From: a virus
Lineage: Duplodnaviria > Caudoviricetes
Virus record (IMG/VR): IMGVR_UViG_3300012940_000089
Coordinates: 1 to 28,238 of that record
Direction: 5' to 3' (one strand)
DNA: 28,238 nucleotides
The notes beneath the pieces are model-generated. The model saw nothing but the letters and a program-made list of their open reading frames with translations. It did no database searches and was not told the origin of the DNA. Numbering within the stretch: position 1 is the stretch's first letter; each line of letters begins with the position of its first letter. Below are positions 8,553 to 17,697 of the stretch, in pieces. Both the position numbers and the translations under genes were made by a program.

Positions 8553-10579
8553 GGCATTGCTCCCAGCATCTGGTATTGCACGCGCGCAGGCATTCCAGCG
8601 CCGTCGCCATTGTTGGTTTCCACCCGCGTGCCTGGCGGCGCGCTGACCGTCACATGCACGGGCGTGCGCTGGACGGCTGTCGATAGCGCCTCGACCAGCT
8701 TGTCATGGCTGTCCTCGGAGCCGGCATTGGCCGCTGTGGTGGCCGGCGCCGCCGTCCCTTGGGCCGCCGGCGGCGCAGCGGTCGAATCCGCGCCGGCACC
8801 GCCAGCCATGGATCGGAAAATCTGGTCGGCCATGGCGCCGCGACGCACCTGCTCTCCTTCCACGTCAGCCGGGCGCTCGTGATACTTCGACACGATCGCC
8901 GCCGCAGCATTGGCCGAGCTGGCCTGCTGCAATAGATCGCCCGCCCGACGCTGCATGCCAGGCCCCTTGCGCAGCTCCCAGTCGAAGAACTTCAGCTGCT
9001 CGTCCAGATCGGAGTCGCGGATGTCCTTGCCAAACACGCGCTTGAAGTCCGCTTGGCGGTCGGCATGCCACTGGCCAACACCATAGGCTTGGCCGTTGTC
9101 CCCTACGCTATAGGGGTTGCCGCCGGACTCCTGCAGGATGTTGGCAGCGATGCCCGCGGCCTGGGCCTTGGACCACCCCATATCCTGGAATCTCTGTGCG
9201 ATCGCCAGGATCTTGGGGTCGCTCGTGCCGCCCGGGGCATACTCGCCCGGCGTGAGATAACGCTTGCCCTCTCCCCGCTGCGCGCGGGCCAGTACATCGG
9301 CCTCGCCTTCGTTGAGATTCTTGCTGTAGAAGAGCGCAGCGGCGCCGGCCACATACGGATTGAAGAGGCGGGCAAGCCACGGCGCCCGGGAGGCTGCCGC
9401 CCCCGCACCAGCCGCCGCGGCGCCGCCGGCCGCCGTGCCCTCAGCGGCGCCCGCTGCCGCGCCGGCGCCGGCGACCCCCTTGAGCGCCTGCGCGGCGGTC
9501 TTGGCTGTCACCAGCGTGGCGGCCAGCGTGGCGATCGAGGCGGTCCAGCTGACCAGCGTCGCTCCGAACTTGATCGCCACGATGTCCCGTAGCACGGATC
9601 CCCAGCCACCGAAAGCATCCACGATGCTGTTCAGCCGTTTGTACCAGCCGTCCCAGTCCACGCTGGTGATCCAGCTGGTGAACTTGCCGACCGCGTCGGC
9701 AAGTCGGGTGGCGATATCCACGCGGTTCTCGCTCAGCCAGGTTGAGAGCTTCTCAACCATGGGCGTCAGCACGGGCACCAGCTTATCCCCGATGGTGTTC
9801 GCCAGTGCACTCGCGCCACTGGTCAGGGCATTGATACGGTCCCGGAACGCGGCAGCTCGCTGGATGGCGTCCTCCGACGGCGCGTATCCGTTTGCAATCG
9901 CCTGCTGCCGGTCAGCGTTGTATGTCCCGCGCTGGATCATCGGCAGCAGCGCCCCCATGCCGAGCGCATCGGCGGCAGTGCGCTGACCAGCAGGGTTTTT
10001 CACCTTTCCCAGCGCCGTCAGGATGTCGGACTGCGTGCGCTGGTAGTCGATCTGGCCATCCTTCGTGCGCGAAATCTGCACGCCCAAGCGATTCAACAGC
10101 ATCATGGCCTGCGGATTCGCGCCAAACGCGGCCTCCCGAATGGTGTTTTGCGAAGACACCATGCTTTGGTCGAACTGCTCCGCCGTCACGCCGGCGCGCT
10201 GCGCCGCGTAGTGCCAGGCCTGGAGGCTCTGCGTGGACATGCCCAGCTGCCGGGAGGTGCGCTGCAGGTTGAAGCCGAGGCTGCCCCAGCGTTCCGCTAG
10301 CGCCCCAATGCCTGCGGTGCCAGCCAACCCGGTCAACGCCGCCATGCCGGGGACGATAGAGGCGATGCGATCGGAGACCGTGCGCGCGGTCTGCGCCACG
10401 GTTCGCAGGCCGGCATCGACTTTCCCGAGCGCCGCGGCGCCCAGCTTCCCGGTACGGGCCAAGCGCCGCGTCAGCTTGCCCACCGGGTCCGTGACGCGCG
10501 CAAGCGCACTGCGGACCTTACCGGCAACCTTCGACGCGTTGTCGATTGCCGAGATCCGAAATACCAGGTCATTTGCCAT
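8549..10579 (-). CDS. Tape measure protein with C-terminal phage tail lysozyme domain (676 aa, start MANDLVFRISAID)
   Basis: Ala-rich helical protein after the tail chaperone; AQAAGIAANILQESGGNP...GDNG.AYGVGQW lysozyme-like motif. Confidence 0.9.
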   Translation of the reverse strand: MANDLVFRISAIDNASKVAGKVRSALARVTDPVGKLTRRLARTGKLGAAALGKVDAGLRTVAQTARTVSDRIASIVPGMAALTGLAGTAGIGALAERWGSLGFNLQRTSRQLGMSTQSLQAWHYAAQRAGVTAEQFDQSMVSSQNTIREAAFGANPQAMMLLNRLGVQISRTKDGQIDYQRTQSDILTALGKVKNPAGQRTAADALGMGALLPMIQRGTYNADRQQAIANGYAPSEDAIQRAAAFRDRINALTSGASALANTIGDKLVPVLTPMVEKLSTWLSENRVDIATRLADAVGKFTSWITSVDWDGWYKRLNSIVDAFGGWGSVLRDIVAIKFGATLVSWTASIATLAATLVTAKTAAQALKGVAGAGAAAGAAEGTAAGGAAAAGAGAAASRAPWLARLFNPYVAGAAALFYSKNLNEGEADVLARAQRGEGKRYLTPGEYAPGGTSDPKILAIAQRFQDMGWSKAQAAGIAANILQESGGNPYSVGDNGQAYGVGQWHADRQADFKRVFGKDIRDSDLDEQLKFFDWELRKGPGMQRRAGDLLQQASSANAAAAIVSKYHERPADVEGEQVRRGAMADQIFRSMAGGAGADSTAAPPAAQGTAAPATTAANAGSEDSHDKLVEALSTAVQRTPVHVTVSAPPGTRVETNNGDGAGMPARVQYQMLGAMP

Positions 10580-10727
10580 TTTGCGCTTCCATTCGCTGCG
10601 CCATGTCGTGCCACCAGCGCAACTCACTGAGCCTCATGCCCAGCGCGTCGCGCGGCGACCACCCGTAGTACTTCGTGGTCGCCGCCACCACCAGCTCCCA
10701 GTCCACGGAGAGCCGCCTTACTTTCCC
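10569..10727 (-). CDS. -1 frameshift extension of the tail assembly chaperone (gpGT / P2 E+E'-like); absent from the ORF track
   Basis: Slippery G GGA AAG at 10727-10721 just before TAA; the -1 frame reads GKVRRLSVDWELVVAATTKYYGWSPRDALGMRLSELRWWHDMAQRMEAQNGK*, with the W.P...M.L.EL..W signature. Confidence 0.88.
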   Translation of the reverse strand, partial: GKVRRLSVDWELVVAATTKYYGWSPRDALGMRLSELRWWHDMAQRMEAQNGK

Positions 10728-11053
10728 AGCCCTGCCTCCGAGTCGCCGGCGTCGTCGCCGTCGCCGTCAGCCTCTTCCTCCATGAAAGCAACCAGGTACG
10801 TGGAAGCCTTCGTGAAGTCGCGGGCCTTCATCTTCGCCACGACCGCCAGCGGCGCACCGGAGACCTTGGCGATCAGATGTTTCAGCGCGTCGCCGGGATC
10901 CTTGGTACTGCGCCGGTTGAAGTCGAGCATTTCCGCCGCCTCGGGTTCGCGCAAGTCGAGATGGGTGTAGGTCTCGGCGTCCGCCCCTTCGCCCAGGGTG
11001 ATCGGCTTACGCAGGGTCAGCGTGAATTCGTCCTGCAGGTCCTTTTTCTTCAT
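10718..11053 (-). CDS. Tail assembly chaperone (Mu gp41-like)
   Basis: LTLRKPI...LDLREP...M.ARDF motif; located between tube and tape measure. Confidence 0.88.
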   Translation of the reverse strand: MKKKDLQDEFTLTLRKPITLGEGADAETYTHLDLREPEAAEMLDFNRRSTKDPGDALKHLIAKVSGAPLAVVAKMKARDFTKASTYLVAFMEEEADGDGDDAGDSEAGLGK

Positions 11054-11054
11054 G

Positions 11055-11423
11055 TCAGCTCGCGGTCTGTTCGGTGACGGAGGGGCCTTCGAACTTCAGG
11101 TCGAAGGTGGCCTCGGTGCTGTCCACTTCCTGCGCATCGACGCAGGCCATGTTGCGGCCAACGACGGTTTTTCCGTTCGCCAGCTGCAGCACCACCGTGA
11201 CGTTGCGCATGCCGTTGAAATTGGCGACCACCAGGTCACCAGCGTCCCGCCCGGTAAACGAGATGGAGCCAGGCACCGGCGTTTCTTTCACGCCGTGGTA
11301 GCCGTCCATGCCCATCAGCGTCTCGCGCCGGACCGTGGAGGGGCTGTACTTCGCCGCACCCTCCAGCATGTAGGAGTTGCCGTCCACCGTGATCTGCGCG
11401 GTTCCGGCCAGAAGTTTTGCCAT
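11055..11423 (-). CDS. Tail tube protein (Mu gpM-like)
   Basis: LAGTA.ITVDG, RETL.GMDG.HG.KE.P, LANGK, FEG motifs. Confidence 0.9.
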   Translation of the reverse strand: MAKLLAGTAQITVDGNSYMLEGAAKYSPSTVRRETLMGMDGYHGVKETPVPGSISFTGRDAGDLVVANFNGMRNVTVVLQLANGKTVVGRNMACVDAQEVDSTEATFDLKFEGPSVTEQTAS

Positions 11424-11435
11424 GTTGCGGCTCCA

Positions 11436-11464
11436 GAAATGAAAGCGCCGCCCGTAGGCGGCTC
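11436..11464 (-). terminator. Hairpin / weak terminator between sheath and tube genes
   Basis: GCCGCC-UACG-GGCGGC followed by GCUUUCAUUUC (interrupted U tract). Confidence 0.5.
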
Positions 11465-11483
11465 GTTACGCCCCGCCCCGGCT

Positions 11484-13010
11484 TTATGCCGCGGCGGTGG
11501 CCGGCACGATGTTGGTGAACTGCATCAGCAACGCGAAGATCCGCAGCTGGTTGATCAGCACTGCCGGATAGAGCACGTCCACCCGGTTGGGGTTGGATTG
11601 GTTCTGCTCCACGATCAGGCCCTGGGCGAACACCTCGGCGCCCTGCACCCAGCCGGAATCGTCCTGCATCGCCTGGTAATCGGCGATCAGGTCGGCGCGG
11701 ATGGTGTTGGGCGTCACGATGTTGGAGCCCGGCGCCGGCCGCGTGCTGTTGGCCGCCAGCTTCTTGCGGGCGTACTTCGTGGTGACGACCGACTTCAGCC
11801 GGCGCAACACCGCCGCCAGCGTGTTCATGGTCTCGACCTCGAGGTAGCTGTTGTCCGGCTGGCCGAAGCTGTTCAGCTGGTAGGTCGTGATCAGATTCTC
11901 GATCGCGACGGTGCCGTCGTCGGCGACCGTGAATGTGCTGATGCCCGTATAGAGCAACGTATTTCGGTCCGTGAGCTGGAAGCGCGATTCGATCGGCGGA
12001 GGCAGGAAGCTGGCCAGCGCCACGGTTTGCATGGGCTGCGCCGGATCCGCACGGCACGACACCGCCGCCGCGGCGGAAACGTCGGCGGCCAGAAGCCAGT
12101 TGGGCGTCGGCGAGTCGTTGAAGCCCATGATCGACACGTGCTCGTCGTTACGGGTGGCGCCGAAGGTCTGGCACTCCCCCAGCGTGCCCCGGTAGGCGCC
12201 ATAGGCGTGACCATAGAGCTGTTGCGACCAGCTCCAGCGTCCGGTCGTAGTGGACAGCAGGGACTTGATGGCATTCAGCGACGTGGCGTCGTTGTAGGGC
12301 ATTGCGATGAAGTCGAACAGCATGTCGCCCAGGCTCGCCAACGCCTCCGTGAGCGTCGGATTGACCAGGCCACCAGCCATCGGCGTGATGGTTACCGTCA
12401 GGCCCGGCGGCAACGCCTCGCCGTTCAGCGCGCCGTAGTAGTTCAGCCGGATGTCGATGTCGTTGCCCGCCAGACCCTTGTTCTTGGCCGTCAGGTTCAC
12501 CTTCGACGTGGTCGTGCCATCCACCGCCGCAGTAACAGGCAGGTCGGGGAGCGCATTGATCTGCGCGGCCAGGGCGGTGGCGAGGTTCGCGGGCGTCATG
12601 GTGGGCGTGCAAACCAGGGACACCACAGGCGAACCAGCGAAGGCCGCGATATATAGCGACAGCACGCCGGTCGCAGTGGCGGCGGCCGTGAAATTGATGG
12701 AGCCGGTAGCCGCGACGGAGTTTTCGTCGTCTTCCAGCGGAAGATACCAGACCTCGCCGAAGCTGTCCCGCGCGCGGTAGACCTGAGTCATGAGCGCGAG
12801 CATGGAGCCCTGGCCGCCGACCGTCTTGGCCTCATTGACGCCCTGGCAGATCGCCGGCTTGTTCGGCGTGCCGGTACCGTCCGCGGTGATCTGGCCGATG
12901 ATCAGCGCGCGCTGGTTGATCTGCCCGGTATTCGCGCGGCTCGGGTCGATGTCCGCATAAAACAGGGGAACCCGGATGTTCTGCGGGATGTTGGGGAACT
13001 GGATGGACAT
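11484..13010 (-). CDS. Contractile tail sheath protein (Mu gpL-like)
   Basis: I.F..IP.NIRVPLFY, GQGSML, ITTYQ.N..G.PDNSYL.VET, NPNRVDVL.P..LINQLRIFA. Confidence 0.95.
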   Translation of the reverse strand: MSIQFPNIPQNIRVPLFYADIDPSRANTGQINQRALIIGQITADGTGTPNKPAICQGVNEAKTVGGQGSMLALMTQVYRARDSFGEVWYLPLEDDENSVAATGSINFTAAATATGVLSLYIAAFAGSPVVSLVCTPTMTPANLATALAAQINALPDLPVTAAVDGTTTSKVNLTAKNKGLAGNDIDIRLNYYGALNGEALPPGLTVTITPMAGGLVNPTLTEALASLGDMLFDFIAMPYNDATSLNAIKSLLSTTTGRWSWSQQLYGHAYGAYRGTLGECQTFGATRNDEHVSIMGFNDSPTPNWLLAADVSAAAAVSCRADPAQPMQTVALASFLPPPIESRFQLTDRNTLLYTGISTFTVADDGTVAIENLITTYQLNSFGQPDNSYLEVETMNTLAAVLRRLKSVVTTKYARKKLAANSTRPAPGSNIVTPNTIRADLIADYQAMQDDSGWVQGAEVFAQGLIVEQNQSNPNRVDVLYPAVLINQLRIFALLMQFTNIVPATAAA

Positions 13011-13229
13011 TTACTTGCCCCCTTTGGTGGTCGAGGCGTCCGGCGCCTGGTCGGCGGCGGGCTTGTTGGTCGGCGTGGCGCCGGGCGGGGTAGCCCGCAC
13101 GACGTCCCCGTCGCGGAGCCGCCGCGCCCAGTAGAAATCGTGGTCGTCCACTTCCATGCCCTCGGCGGGCATGAATTGCTTACGCACCGGGTCGATCACT
13201 CGAAGCCCGGCGGCGGGTTTGATGTACAT
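13011..13229 (-). CDS. DUF2635 / Mu gp38-like small tail protein
   Basis: M.IKPA.G..V.DP....P.EG..V....YW.RRL.DGDV signature directly upstream of the sheath. Confidence 0.85.
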   Translation of the reverse strand: MYIKPAAGLRVIDPVRKQFMPAEGMEVDDHDFYWARRLRDGDVVRATPPGATPTNKPAADQAPDASTTKGGK

Positions 13230-13232
13230 GCG

Positions 13233-13787
13233 TCACTCCTGGGGAAGATCGATGGTCAGGCCGGGGACGGTGGTGCCGTCGGGCTCCTGGATACGGACGT
13301 CCACGCCGGTCAGCGGGACGGTGGGCACGGGGAAGAAGTCCTCGGGGCCTTGGACGAACTCCAGCCCCAGCTCGACGGTGACCGCGCCGAGGTGCTCGCC
13401 GGCTTCCTCGGGCCCGGCGGTAATCCGCGTCCGAAAGAAGGAAAACTGGTTCAGCTCGGCCATCAGCGGGGGATAGTTGATGACCGCTGCCTTGATCTGG
13501 TCACGCAGCGCTTCCAGGATCAGCTGCAGCGCCGCGGCGCCGGCATCATTCGGGAGCGCACCATGCTGGGCGCGGGCCTCCACCAGTAGCGTCGATGTAA
13601 CGGTGAAGGCCGGCGCGCCGTTGCGGCCGAACGATTCGCCGTTCTCATCGTTGGTCCGGACGAAGATGACGGGGTACTCGCCGTCCCACGTGGCCTGGTC
13701 ACGCGGCGAATAAACGCGCGCCCCGGCGTCCGTCGTAGCAGTCAGGGCTTGCAACGCCAGTTCGCGCAGCTGGTTTGTCGTCGTCAT
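13233..13787 (-). CDS. Putative tail terminator / neck protein (gpU-like position)
   Basis: Start MTTTNQLRE (ATGA overlap); T.AG.RVYSPR...YP.I.V pattern; synteny. Confidence 0.7.
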   Translation of the reverse strand: MTTTNQLRELALQALTATTDAGARVYSPRDQATWDGEYPVIFVRTNDENGESFGRNGAPAFTVTSTLLVEARAQHGALPNDAGAAALQLILEALRDQIKAAVINYPPLMAELNQFSFFRTRITAGPEEAGEHLGAVTVELGLEFVQGPEDFFPVPTVPLTGVDVRIQEPDGTTVPGLTIDLPQE

Positions 13788-14104
13788 GGCTTTTTCAGAA
13801 TCAGGTGGACCCAACCGATGCCGTTGGGCTGCTGGTCGAAGAGCAGATACGTGATGCCGGTCTTCACGCGAGTGATCCGGTCGTCCTTCGCCGGGGGCGC
13901 CGGCAGGTCCGCCAACCGCACGCCCACGCTGGGCGACGTCGTGGTCCATCCGACGCCGCCCTCCCCGTTCTGAAAAGCCATCTTGTAGGCGTCGGTGAAG
14001 ACCCCCGTTATGGCTTTCGCCGGTCCGCCAGCTGCAGGCTGATAGACCAGGGCTTCGCCGAAGGCATCGTTGACGGCGAGGTTGACCTGGTCGAAGTCCA
14101 CCAT
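13784..14104 (-). CDS. Head-tail joining protein (gpFII-like)
   Basis: Start MVDFDQVN; FGE..Y.P..G..ITGVF; beta-rich, 106 aa; synteny. Confidence 0.72.
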   Translation of the reverse strand: MVDFDQVNLAVNDAFGEALVYQPAAGGPAKAITGVFTDAYKMAFQNGEGGVGWTTTSPSVGVRLADLPAPPAKDDRITRVKTGITYLLFDQQPNGIGWVHLILKKP

Positions 14105-14105
14105 G

Positions 14106-14369
14106 TCAGCCTCGCCGGATCTGCGGGCCGCCTGCGGTGCCGAAGGTGGGACCGAAACTCGGGCCCACATCGACGCGGATTGCCGGCTTCGCTGGGTCTA
14201 CCAGAAAGCCGATGCCGCGCAGCCGCTTGACCTCGGCGGCCGGCAGTTCGACTTCCGCGCCAGCGGCCTTGCGCTTTCCGTCCATATCGAGGACGGTATG
14301 GCCGCGTGCCACGGTGGCTTTCACCAGGCGAGCGGCCTGCGCGCGTGGGGGATTGTCGGGAGCGCTCAT
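14106..14369 (-). CDS. Small head-associated protein (gpFI-like position)
   Basis: Start MSAPDN coupled to the capsid stop (TAATG); G.EVELP..E..RL...G.L motif. Confidence 0.6.
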   Translation of the reverse strand: MSAPDNPPRAQAARLVKATVARGHTVLDMDGKRKAAGAEVELPAAEVKRLRGIGFLVDPAKPAIRVDVGPSFGPTFGTAGGPQIRRG

Positions 14370-15430
14370 TACTCCTCCGCGGCCGGCGGGCACACGTTGG
14401 CCGAGAACGATGCGTTCACGCGACTCGGGATCACGATCGGCGAGGACTGCATCAGCAGCAGACGCTGCGCCGGATCCTTTTCCACCCAGGTCTTCGGCGC
14501 GTACGGCAGCGCCTGGTAGTTGAATTCGGGATCCAGGATCTGGCCGAAGGCACGGGTGCCTTGCAGGTTCGGGCCGGACATGACCACGTCGCCATCGATC
14601 AGCATGGGGCGCTCGACGTCGTTCTCGTCAACGAACCAGTCGTTGTAGACCCACAGGTCGTACTGGCCCCACTTGCCCTTGTAGACCGCGCCTTGCTCGA
14701 TCTGCGCGCCGGGATTAATGACGTTGCCCTGGTTGGCCAGCAGCGGCCAGAAGATGGCGCCTTTCACCGTCGGGTCGCAGATGAAGCCGGCCCAGGAGCT
14801 GGTGGTGAATACGATGTCGGTGACCTTCGCCCCGGACTTCTTCAGGATGCGCTGCTGCCAGGCCTCGATATCGGCCGCCGGCGTCGCCGTGCCCGCATCC
14901 ACGTTGGCCTTCGTCCATTGGCGCCCGGCGGACAGCGCAACGGTCAGATCCGGATCACGTCCGAACTGCACAACCACCGTTTCGAAGCCCTCGCCCTCGA
15001 TGGTCACCTCGCCGGAGCGCAGCGCGCTGGCCGCCATCCATTCCAGCCGACGATTCAGGATGTCGATCTGATCGGTCATCTCGAATTCGAGGTTCGCCAT
15101 CTCGCGCTCGATGCCGGTCAGCTCGCCGCCAATGCGTTCCCCGATCATGCGCCGCACGGGCTTGCGCAGATCCGGCGCACGCTTGTCCTTGATATAGGCC
15201 GGCTTGAAGATGTTCGTCTGGATGCGGCGTTGCTCGACCAGCTTGCCTTCGACTAGCGGCGACACGAAGGGCGCCATACGGCGCTTGCCGACGTCCACGT
15301 CGATGGAAACGAACTCCGTGTCCGACGTAACGATGTTGGGGAAAAAGCGATCGAGCAGGAACGTCTGCGCGACCTTCAGGTTGGGAACGACCTGGATCAG
15401 GTCGTTGGTGTCATAGATGAAATCGGGCAT
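14369..15430 (-). CDS. Major capsid protein, lambda gpE family
   Basis: FLLDRFFP, RRMAPFVSP...GK, FKPAYIKDK, RRLEWMAA.AL.SG, MQSSP motifs. Confidence 0.95.
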   Translation of the reverse strand: MPDFIYDTNDLIQVVPNLKVAQTFLLDRFFPNIVTSDTEFVSIDVDVGKRRMAPFVSPLVEGKLVEQRRIQTNIFKPAYIKDKRAPDLRKPVRRMIGERIGGELTGIEREMANLEFEMTDQIDILNRRLEWMAASALRSGEVTIEGEGFETVVVQFGRDPDLTVALSAGRQWTKANVDAGTATPAADIEAWQQRILKKSGAKVTDIVFTTSSWAGFICDPTVKGAIFWPLLANQGNVINPGAQIEQGAVYKGKWGQYDLWVYNDWFVDENDVERPMLIDGDVVMSGPNLQGTRAFGQILDPEFNYQALPYAPKTWVEKDPAQRLLLMQSSPIVIPSRVNASFSANVCPPAAEE

Positions 15431-15464
15431 TCCTCAGCTCCAGGGATGTAGCACGAAGGACCAT

Positions 15465-15493
15465 AAAAAAACCCCGCCGAAGCGGGGTCTTTT
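15465..15493 (-). terminator. Strong, possibly bidirectional, intrinsic terminator between decoration and capsid genes
   Basis: Minus strand AAAAG-ACCCCGC-UUCG-GCGGGGU-UUUUUU; short U tract on the plus side as well. Confidence 0.82.
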
Positions 15494-15512
15494 GGTGGGC
15501 GGTCAGGTACGG

Positions 15513-16190
15513 TCAGGTGGGATCCGCGGCGGAAACCGAGGACTTGACGAAAATCGTGTTGGCTCGCAGCGCCGGCGTCAGCGTGGCGATGGTCCAGGAC
15601 GGGTCGTAGTGCAGGGCTCGGGCGTTCACCTCGGCCATCACGTAGGCCCCGGCCGTGACCGGGCCATTGGTGGCGTCCGCGTCGTCGGCGAGGATCGCGG
15701 AAGGCGTCTGGCTGCCGTCGCTTGCCGTCTTCACCGACAGGATGAACTGGCCCACGGCATCGGTCACATCGACGGTAAACGTGTCGCCGGCGACGAAATC
15801 CGTATCACCGGCCGTGATGGTGAAGCCCAGGCCGCCCTGCGCGTACGCGGTGCCGACGGTGAGGTTCGGCAGCGCGGCACCTTCGGGATCGACCACGGTG
15901 AAAGTCGTCGCGCCGGTGGCGGTCAGCACGTAATTGCCGGCCTTCGCAGAAGCGTCCACCGTGATCGGTCCCACCGTGCCGTTGCCGGTGTTCTCGCCGG
16001 CGATGGCGATCGCGCTGTTGGTATTGATCATGCCCAGGACCGAGCCGCGCGGCAGCTTGCCGGACGCCAGGATGATCGGCTGAGAGACGATCTTCAGATT
16101 GCCAGCGATCAGCTGATCCGGGATGTAGGTCTCGGCACGAATGCCGGGCTGCTGGGGGTTATCCCCGATCGTGTTGACGGAAAGCGTCAT
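15513..16190 (-). CDS. Head decoration protein (lambda gpD/HDPD family) with an internal beta-rich insertion
   Basis: Y.PDQLIAG, G.L.RGSVLG, DGSQ.P.AILA.D.DA motifs; located just before the capsid gene. Confidence 0.85.
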   Translation of the reverse strand: MTLSVNTIGDNPQQPGIRAETYIPDQLIAGNLKIVSQPIILASGKLPRGSVLGMINTNSAIAIAGENTGNGTVGPITVDASAKAGNYVLTATGATTFTVVDPEGAALPNLTVGTAYAQGGLGFTITAGDTDFVAGDTFTVDVTDAVGQFILSVKTASDGSQTPSAILADDADATNGPVTAGAYVMAEVNARALHYDPSWTIATLTPALRANTIFVKSSVSAADPT

Positions 16191-16221
16191 GTGAGTTGCT
16201 CCTTGCGGATTTGGGGATGGT

Positions 16222-16788
16222 TCAGATCTCGCCGCGGCGCTTCTTACCCGCCAGCACGATCATTTGCGCCGTGGACAGCTTGGTGCCGGCGCCGCCCGCG
16301 CCGGGGTTCGGCGTGCGAGCTGCGGCCATGCGGTCAGCAAGGCCGGTCTTGCGGGGCGCGGGGGAATCCACGCGACCGGCGTCGAGCGCAGCGATCGCAT
16401 TCTTGGACGACATCTTGGTGTCGAACGCGAATACGCCGGCCTGACGTACCGCGCCGATCTTGATGCCGTGAGCAATGATGCGGGCGCAGCGGGCACGCTC
16501 GAGCGCCCGAGCCGCCTTCGCGGTCTCGTCCTTCTCGTCGTCCTCGTCGTCCTCGTCATCGGACTCGGCGCGCTGCGATTCCTTCTCGCGCTCCTTTTCC
16601 TCGGCCCGGCCCGCGTCTTCTTCGTCGCGCTCCTTTTCGTCCAGCTCTTCCATGCGCTTGGCATAGTCCTCGTCGGACTCACCTTCGCGCTGCTTGCGCT
16701 CGTCGTCCTCGACCGGGGAATCTTCGGCACGCGCGCGGCCCATACCCAGCAGAGACGCGAACGGCGCGACCAGGGATTTCTTGCTCAT
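16222..16788 (-). CDS. Putative capsid scaffolding protein (Nu3-like)
   Basis: Highly acidic low-complexity N half and A.ERARCARI motif; located between protease and decoration genes. Confidence 0.65.
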   Translation of the reverse strand: MSKKSLVAPFASLLGMGRARAEDSPVEDDERKQREGESDEDYAKRMEELDEKERDEEDAGRAEEKEREKESQRAESDDEDDEDDEKDETAKAARALERARCARIIAHGIKIGAVRQAGVFAFDTKMSSKNAIAALDAGRVDSPAPRKTGLADRMAAARTPNPGAGGAGTKLSTAQMIVLAGKKRRGEI

Positions 16789-16809
16789 AGGGGTACTCTC
16801 ACAGGTTGG

Positions 16810-17697
16810 TTAATCGGCCAGCTCGTCCAGCAGGGCCATAAATGCGGCGTCGGGCGCCATGACTGCGTCCGCCAAGCCGCGGCTGACGCCGGCCGCTCCC
16901 ATAAAGCAGGCGGCCTGTGTATCGCGGACCGCATCGGCCGCGATGTTTCGGTTACGAGCGACGGTGTTTACGAACAGCTCGCCCATGGTGTTGATGTCCT
17001 GCTGCGCGGAAGCGAGGGCCTCCGGCGACAAGGGAATTTCGGGGTGAAAGTCGGCCTTGCGGTCGCCGTAGGTGATGAAGGTCACCGCCACGCCCGCTTT
17101 CTCCAGGGCCTGGGACCAATCGACGTGCATCATGATCACGCCGATCGACCCCACGCCGCCGGTGCGCGGCACGATGACGCGGTCCGCGGCGCTGGCGATG
17201 GCATAGCCGGCGGAATACGCTGATTCGGTCAGGATGGACCAGATCGGCTTATCGCCGCGCAGGCCGTAGATCGTATCGACCAGGTCGAAGCAGCCGGCGA
17301 CCTCGCCGCCCGGCGAATCCACGTCGAGCACGATGGCCCTCACCGCTGGGTCCGCGTGTGCGCAGAGGATGGCCTGGCGCAGGCCGTCATAGCCTGTCAT
17401 GCCGGAATATGGCCGCAGCGTGCCGAGTTTCTGCACCAGCGTGCCACGGACCTGGATCATGGCGACCGACGTATCTCCCACCATGTCATATCCAGCGTCA
17501 TGGACGGTCGGCCCGGGACTGGAATAATCATCGTCCCAGTCATCGAACGCCATGGGCCGCGGCGCAGTGCCGTCGAGGCGGCCGATCTTACTGATGCCGA
17601 GACGCTCGGCAAGCGCGGCCATGATGACCTCGGCCTTTTCCTGCCGAATTGCCAGAGGGGTGTTGAATAGGCGCTGGGCCAGATGTGCGAACCGCAT
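16810..17697 (-). CDS. Prohead protease, S49 peptidase (lambda gpC-like)
   Basis: GTLVQK, SGMTGYDG, LDVDSPGGEVAG, AYSAGYAIASAAD, GGVGSIGV. Confidence 0.95.
   Translation of the reverse strand: MRFAHLAQRLFNTPLAIRQEKAEVIMAALAERLGISKIGRLDGTAPRPMAFDDWDDDYSSPGPTVHDAGYDMVGDTSVAMIQVRGTLVQKLGTLRPYSGMTGYDGLRQAILCAHADPAVRAIVLDVDSPGGEVAGCFDLVDTIYGLRGDKPIWSILTESAYSAGYAIASAADRVIVPRTGGVGSIGVIMMHVDWSQALEKAGVAVTFITYGDRKADFHPEIPLSPEALASAQQDINTMGELFVNTVARNRNIAADAVRDTQAACFMGAAGVSRGLADAVMAPDAAFMALLDELAD

Noticed and set aside
10998-12656. 552-aa plus-strand ORF (and similar ones at 7449-8882, 15417-16463, 18408-19433, 14306-15256, 4046-4945)
   Set aside because: Antisense shadows of well-supported high-GC phage genes; Arg/Gly/His-rich composition with no recognisable motifs or RBS.
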